A DNA stretch of 18,003 nt from a virus (Duplodnaviria; Heunggongvirae; Uroviricota; Caudoviricetes). Both the position numbers and the translations under genes were made by a program. Of this stretch, positions 14,932 to 18,003 are shown in pieces. The stretch spans positions 1-18,003 of IMG/VR virus record IMGVR_UViG_3300009008_000004; one strand, given 5' to 3'. The notes under the pieces are model-generated. The model searched no databases, was not told the origin of the DNA, and saw only the letters and a program-made list of their open reading frames with translations. Positions within the stretch are counted from its first letter, which is position 1. The number at the start of each line of letters is the position of its first letter.

Positions 14932-15207
14932 GTTTTTTCTTGCGCTCTTGCCTAAATCAAGCTACTAATACAGTAGAGCGTGCTAGGAAGTCAAATGATT
15001 CAAACCAAATCGAACCCTTTTAGGCAACTCCTTCCAGATGACCAAAAATGCGTCATAGGTGGTAGAACAACGCTGGAGCGCACGAGCACAACTGAAGCAG
15101 CTCTTCGGCGTAATGTGACTCTTTTGGTTTCCATTACTTCCCCGCTCATGCGCTCCCTCGCGCCCCCATGCGGGTACTGCGTAAGTACCCAAAACCCACC
15201 AACTACC

Positions 15208-15215
15208 GGTATAAG
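15208..15215 (+). promoter_or_regulatory. GGTATAAG putative phage promoter
   Basis: Same motif as other + strand cluster heads. Confidence 0.6.
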
Positions 15216-15221
15216 GAAAAC

Positions 15222-15284
15222 ATGGGAACGGTTCCGCGGGGCCATGCGTTTCCATCCCCCTGGGCAGCGGGGGTATACAAATAG
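15222..15284 (+). CDS. Putative leader peptide MGTVPRGHAFPSPWAAGVYK (20 aa)
   Basis: ATG 6 nt after TATAAG; stop lies in the terminator hairpin. Confidence 0.35.
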   Translation: MGTVPRGHAFPSPWAAGVYK

Positions 15285-15300
15285 CTGCCCTACTTTTTAT
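15262..15300 (+). terminator. Terminator-like hairpin in the 5' leader (attenuator candidate)
   Basis: GGGCAGC-N15-GCTGCCC then TACTTTTTAT, directly before the SD of 15319. Confidence 0.55.
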
Positions 15301-15318
15301 TCAAAGGAGATAATTCCG

Positions 15319-15531
15319 GTGGACGACACACAACCTCGAGCCACCCCGGAGATCGTAAAGGACGTGCTGGAAGCAGAGTCCGCCGAACTTATCGACGGGG
15401 TAATACGTGCAGTGAAAGGGAGTCGGGTCTTCTTTGTAGACCCGGACACAGGATGTTACTTAGGCAGCTTCAGGAGAAGAGTATGCGAGAAGAGTACGAA
15501 GGGCTCTACATCGAAGAAGCGGAAACGTTAG
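15319..15531 (+). CDS. Hypothetical protein (70 aa)
   Basis: GTG start with AAGGAG SD 15304-15309; frame is open back to 14980. Confidence 0.7.
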   Translation: MDDTQPRATPEIVKDVLEAESAELIDGVIRAVKGSRVFFVDPDTGCYLGSFRRRVCEKSTKGSTSKKRKR

Positions 15532-15863
15532 TCCTCGCCGGACCCGGGGTTGGTATAGTGCCCACCCGAGTCTTTGGACGTCTGCGTTTCGAGGGTGCCG
15601 GCAAGCCTGTGAAGGTTTTGGTGGTTGCCGATGAATCCAAAGAAGAGGTGGAAGACCTCAAGTCCATGAAAAGCTACTACAAAGAGCGGGTCAATGAACT
15701 CGAGGAAAAGGTAGTGGAGAAGGGGAAGGAGCTCTACCGCAAGAAGATGATGCTCTCGCGGATCCAAGACCAAGTACAAGAGGCACTCGCCATCCTCGAG
15801 GGCGGAACTGACTATGAGCGGCTCCACCTTGCAGGGATCTTACAGGCGGGCCTGGAGGAATAG
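15483..15863 (+). CDS. Coiled-coil protein (126 aa)
   Basis: CAGGAG SD; heptad-like EEVEDLKSMKSYYKERVNELEEKV. Confidence 0.82.
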   Translation: MREEYEGLYIEEAETLVLAGPGVGIVPTRVFGRLRFEGAGKPVKVLVVADESKEEVEDLKSMKSYYKERVNELEEKVVEKGKELYRKKMMLSRIQDQVQEALAILEGGTDYERLHLAGILQAGLEE

Positions 15864-16424
15864 ATGGGGAACGATCGATTCAGCAAAATACAATTTCTGC
15901 TCAACCGCCAAGTCTCAGACCCACCATGGCATCTGCTTGAGGGGAAAACCGGCCACGGCAACGGTAAAGCGAGTAAGCACTGCATAGGCTTATACGTCCA
16001 CCAAGAGAAGTGTCTTGGAGCTGAAGAGCTCGGAGGAAACGGTATCCTCCGAGAAAGGAGTGGGCCTGGAGACCGGGGGTGTATGGAGTGCAGAGCGGCA
16101 GTCGCTATGGCAATAGCCCTTGAAATGGGCCTTGACACCTCCCGTAAACTGGGCCTTTGTACCTGTGGTGCTCCCACCGATGGGATACGCTGTCCCACCT
16201 GTGGCGGTCTTACACAAGCGGGGGTAGCGCGGATGGCCACGCAAGTTGTGTTCGCCTACAACGCAGCCCTGCAGCAGATAGAGGAGCTCTTGGAGAAATT
16301 GCCCCCGCCCGCAGAACTCCCGGTCGATGTCACCGCATTGGCTCTTGCACGCCTTAACCAGGTTGGGGGACAGGAACTCTACTCGGCTTGCGTCGACTTC
16401 CTGCATGAGGAAGAGGAGGAATAG
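15864..16424 (+). CDS. Cys-rich putative zinc-binding protein (186 aa)
   Basis: GGAGG SD; CMEC, CTC...CPTC. Confidence 0.82.
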   Translation: MGNDRFSKIQFLLNRQVSDPPWHLLEGKTGHGNGKASKHCIGLYVHQEKCLGAEELGGNGILRERSGPGDRGCMECRAAVAMAIALEMGLDTSRKLGLCTCGAPTDGIRCPTCGGLTQAGVARMATQVVFAYNAALQQIEELLEKLPPPAELPVDVTALALARLNQVGGQELYSACVDFLHEEEEE

Positions 16425-16595
16425 ATGGGAGATATGGCAAACGATATTGTCCAGGGCTGGTGCTGCGAGTGGTGCTGCATGTTCTTCAAGAGAGAACACG
16501 GGTACCCGGTGATCTGCGACTCTTGTTGGGAGGACGCCACCAAAGAAGAGAAGGAATTGGTGACCCGCGCCACCGAGAAGTTGGTAGGGGGGTAG
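16425..16595 (+). CDS. Small Cys-rich zinc-finger protein (56 aa, missing from ORF track)
   Basis: GAGGAGG SD, abuts upstream stop; MGDMANDIVQGWCCEWCCMFFKREHGYPVICDSCW. Confidence 0.85.
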   Translation: MGDMANDIVQGWCCEWCCMFFKREHGYPVICDSCWEDATKEEKELVTRATEKLVGG

Positions 16596-16598
16596 ATC

Positions 16599-16973
16599 AT
16601 GTATGAACCACGAAGATGCAAAAAATGCCAACGGTATATTCCTGCGGCAAGGACGTACTGCGATGACTGCTTGCGCATCGAAGCGCGTAAACGATTGCAC
16701 AACAAGCTGCAGGAGAAGGATATGGCGGATAGCTTCGAGATCACACGGAGTAACGGGCGGAAGGCCAAGCTCTCAAGAGAAACCGTCCTGCGTATGGCAA
16801 GGGCAACCGTAACAGCATATGAGTCCGCAGAAGCTAAGGCAAAGGAATTCGCCGAGAAATACCCCACAGCGCTCAAAGCTGAAGACCTGGCAGTAACTTT
16901 CAAATCCGCAGCCGGTGGAGAAGAGCTCTACAAAGTATGTAAAGCCGCCATCGCAGCGGAAGAAGGGGAGTAG
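16599..16973 (+). CDS. Zinc-finger protein (124 aa)
   Basis: CKKC...CDDC N-terminus followed by helical domain. Confidence 0.85.
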   Translation: MYEPRRCKKCQRYIPAARTYCDDCLRIEARKRLHNKLQEKDMADSFEITRSNGRKAKLSRETVLRMARATVTAYESAEAKAKEFAEKYPTALKAEDLAVTFKSAAGGEELYKVCKAAIAAEEGE

Positions 16974-16976
16974 GCC

Positions 16977-17216
16977 ATGCCCACTGATAACAAACGAGCT
17001 CCAGATATGGATGACTTAGTCAGTAGGAAAGAGAAGGATCGCGCCCGCGCGATTGTTACATTTTCATGTGGGCATACCTCCCACTTTATCGACAGCCCGC
17101 CCAAAGTAGGTAATTGCGTTATCTGTCGCACTTGTCTGCAAGAAGTAATGGTCGTCGCAGCAACGGCCCGCGATAAACGAGGGCTACACACAAAGGAGAA
17201 CGCAGAGAATGACTGA
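16977..17216 (+). CDS. Zinc-ribbon protein (79 aa)
   Basis: GGGGAG SD; CGH...CRTC. Confidence 0.82.
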   Translation: MPTDNKRAPDMDDLVSRKEKDRARAIVTFSCGHTSHFIDSPPKVGNCVICRTCLQEVMVVAATARDKRGLHTKENAEND

Positions 17217-17781
17217 GGAAATACAGAAAGACCCCGGCCTCAAAAAAGGGGAACGAATCGGCGTATACCTGCACGGAGGAGAGACGTTCTTCCTGGTCGG
17301 GTATGGCACCTATGGAGGGGACGTAGTTCCCCCGATTTGGATAGAGAACTATGGCATGAACTTCGCGCAGGAAGGGAAAACTAACCCGATGCTCGTCCTC
17401 GATGACGGCCGCATCTTCTGGGGCTGCTACTGCTGGTGGGGGCCTGAAGAGGATATCAAAAGGCTCGCTGAGGGGGCTGAGGAAATTGTAGACGTGAAAG
17501 AGTCCTGCGAGGACATCGTAGCCGAGGCTGCGGTAGACGAGGCCCTTGATGCGCAACTGGTCCCCGAGAAACTGCGGGGGGAGATGAATTACGGGACCTA
17601 CGTTCTGGCCCACATGATTCTCAAAGGGGCCGGCGCAGCGGACGATGACATCCCCGGGCTGATCGAAGCGGCCCTGCCGGCAACCGCGGAATCCTATACC
17701 TTCGCCTCCAAGAAGATTCGTAACTTCCTTGCCAGAAAAGCAAAAGCAGACACTGAGAAATGGAAGAAGGAGCAGGAATAA
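17209..17781 (+). CDS. Hypothetical phage protein (190 aa)
   Basis: AAGGAG SD; GYGTY.GD..PP...NP.L.LDDG..FWGC.CWWG motif-like block. Confidence 0.88.
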   Translation: MTEEIQKDPGLKKGERIGVYLHGGETFFLVGYGTYGGDVVPPIWIENYGMNFAQEGKTNPMLVLDDGRIFWGCYCWWGPEEDIKRLAEGAEEIVDVKESCEDIVAEAAVDEALDAQLVPEKLRGEMNYGTYVLAHMILKGAGAADDDIPGLIEAALPATAESYTFASKKIRNFLARKAKADTEKWKKEQE

Positions 17782-17996
17782 TGTACACCCTACGCTACGA
17801 AAGCCTGGAAAAGAAGGAGAATTTGCTGGTCTTCAAGAACGTAGAAATCGATCTTGGGGACCAGATGATTCTCCTGAGCAACCTCGGCATCGACTTCAAG
17901 GAATACATGCTGAAGTTCAGCAAACTCGCCAAGGGCAAGATGCTTACCCTCGATGAGGGTGTAGCGGGCTCCCGCGGCATTAGGCCAAGGGGGTAG
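17781..17996 (+). CDS. Hypothetical protein (71 aa)
   Basis: TAATG coupling, AGGAG SD; start moved from 17760. Confidence 0.75.
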   Translation: MYTLRYESLEKKENLLVFKNVEIDLGDQMILLSNLGIDFKEYMLKFSKLAKGKMLTLDEGVAGSRGIRPRG

Positions 17997-18003
17997 GATG
18001 GAA

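Noticed and set aside
15000-15255. Minus-strand ORFs of 81-90 aa in the divergent region
   Set aside because: No motif, weak support, and they overlap the promoter and attenuator elements; a 49-aa version from 15149 cannot be excluded
1-18003. Stop-codon reassignment, CRISPR array, DGR repeats, integrase or transposase
   Set aside because: TAA, TAG and TGA all end tightly packed genes with high coding density under code 11; no repeat-spacer periodicity, long repeats, reverse transcriptase or recombinase motifs seen

Overview
Gene-dense (~55% GC by eye), standard-code segment that looks like part of a large tailed bacteriophage genome: ~49 mostly short, translationally coupled ORFs with strong Shine-Dalgarno (SD) motifs and no cellular housekeeping genes. 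Three blocks: a + strand accessory/regulatory block (18-8646) with two radical SAM enzymes, a sigma-70-family sigma factor and a sigma-region-4-like HTH protein; a - strand operon (14884-8693) with a sigma70-type promoter and a -1 frameshift gene pair (A AAA AAT) of tail-assembly-chaperone G/GT type, but with no tail tube or tape measure neighbours; and a second + strand block (15222-end) of Cys-rich hypothetical proteins. A GGTATAAG motif precedes + strand gene clusters and is a candidate phage promoter. Several tiny ORFs below the ORF-track cutoff (7, 19, 20, 30, 33, 56 aa) sit in regulatory positions, including an ATA-start membrane peptide, a perfect-SD heptapeptide and an attenuator-like leader. 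No tRNA, rRNA, CRISPR array, integrase or transposase was seen. All functional calls are by motif recognition, with no database search.
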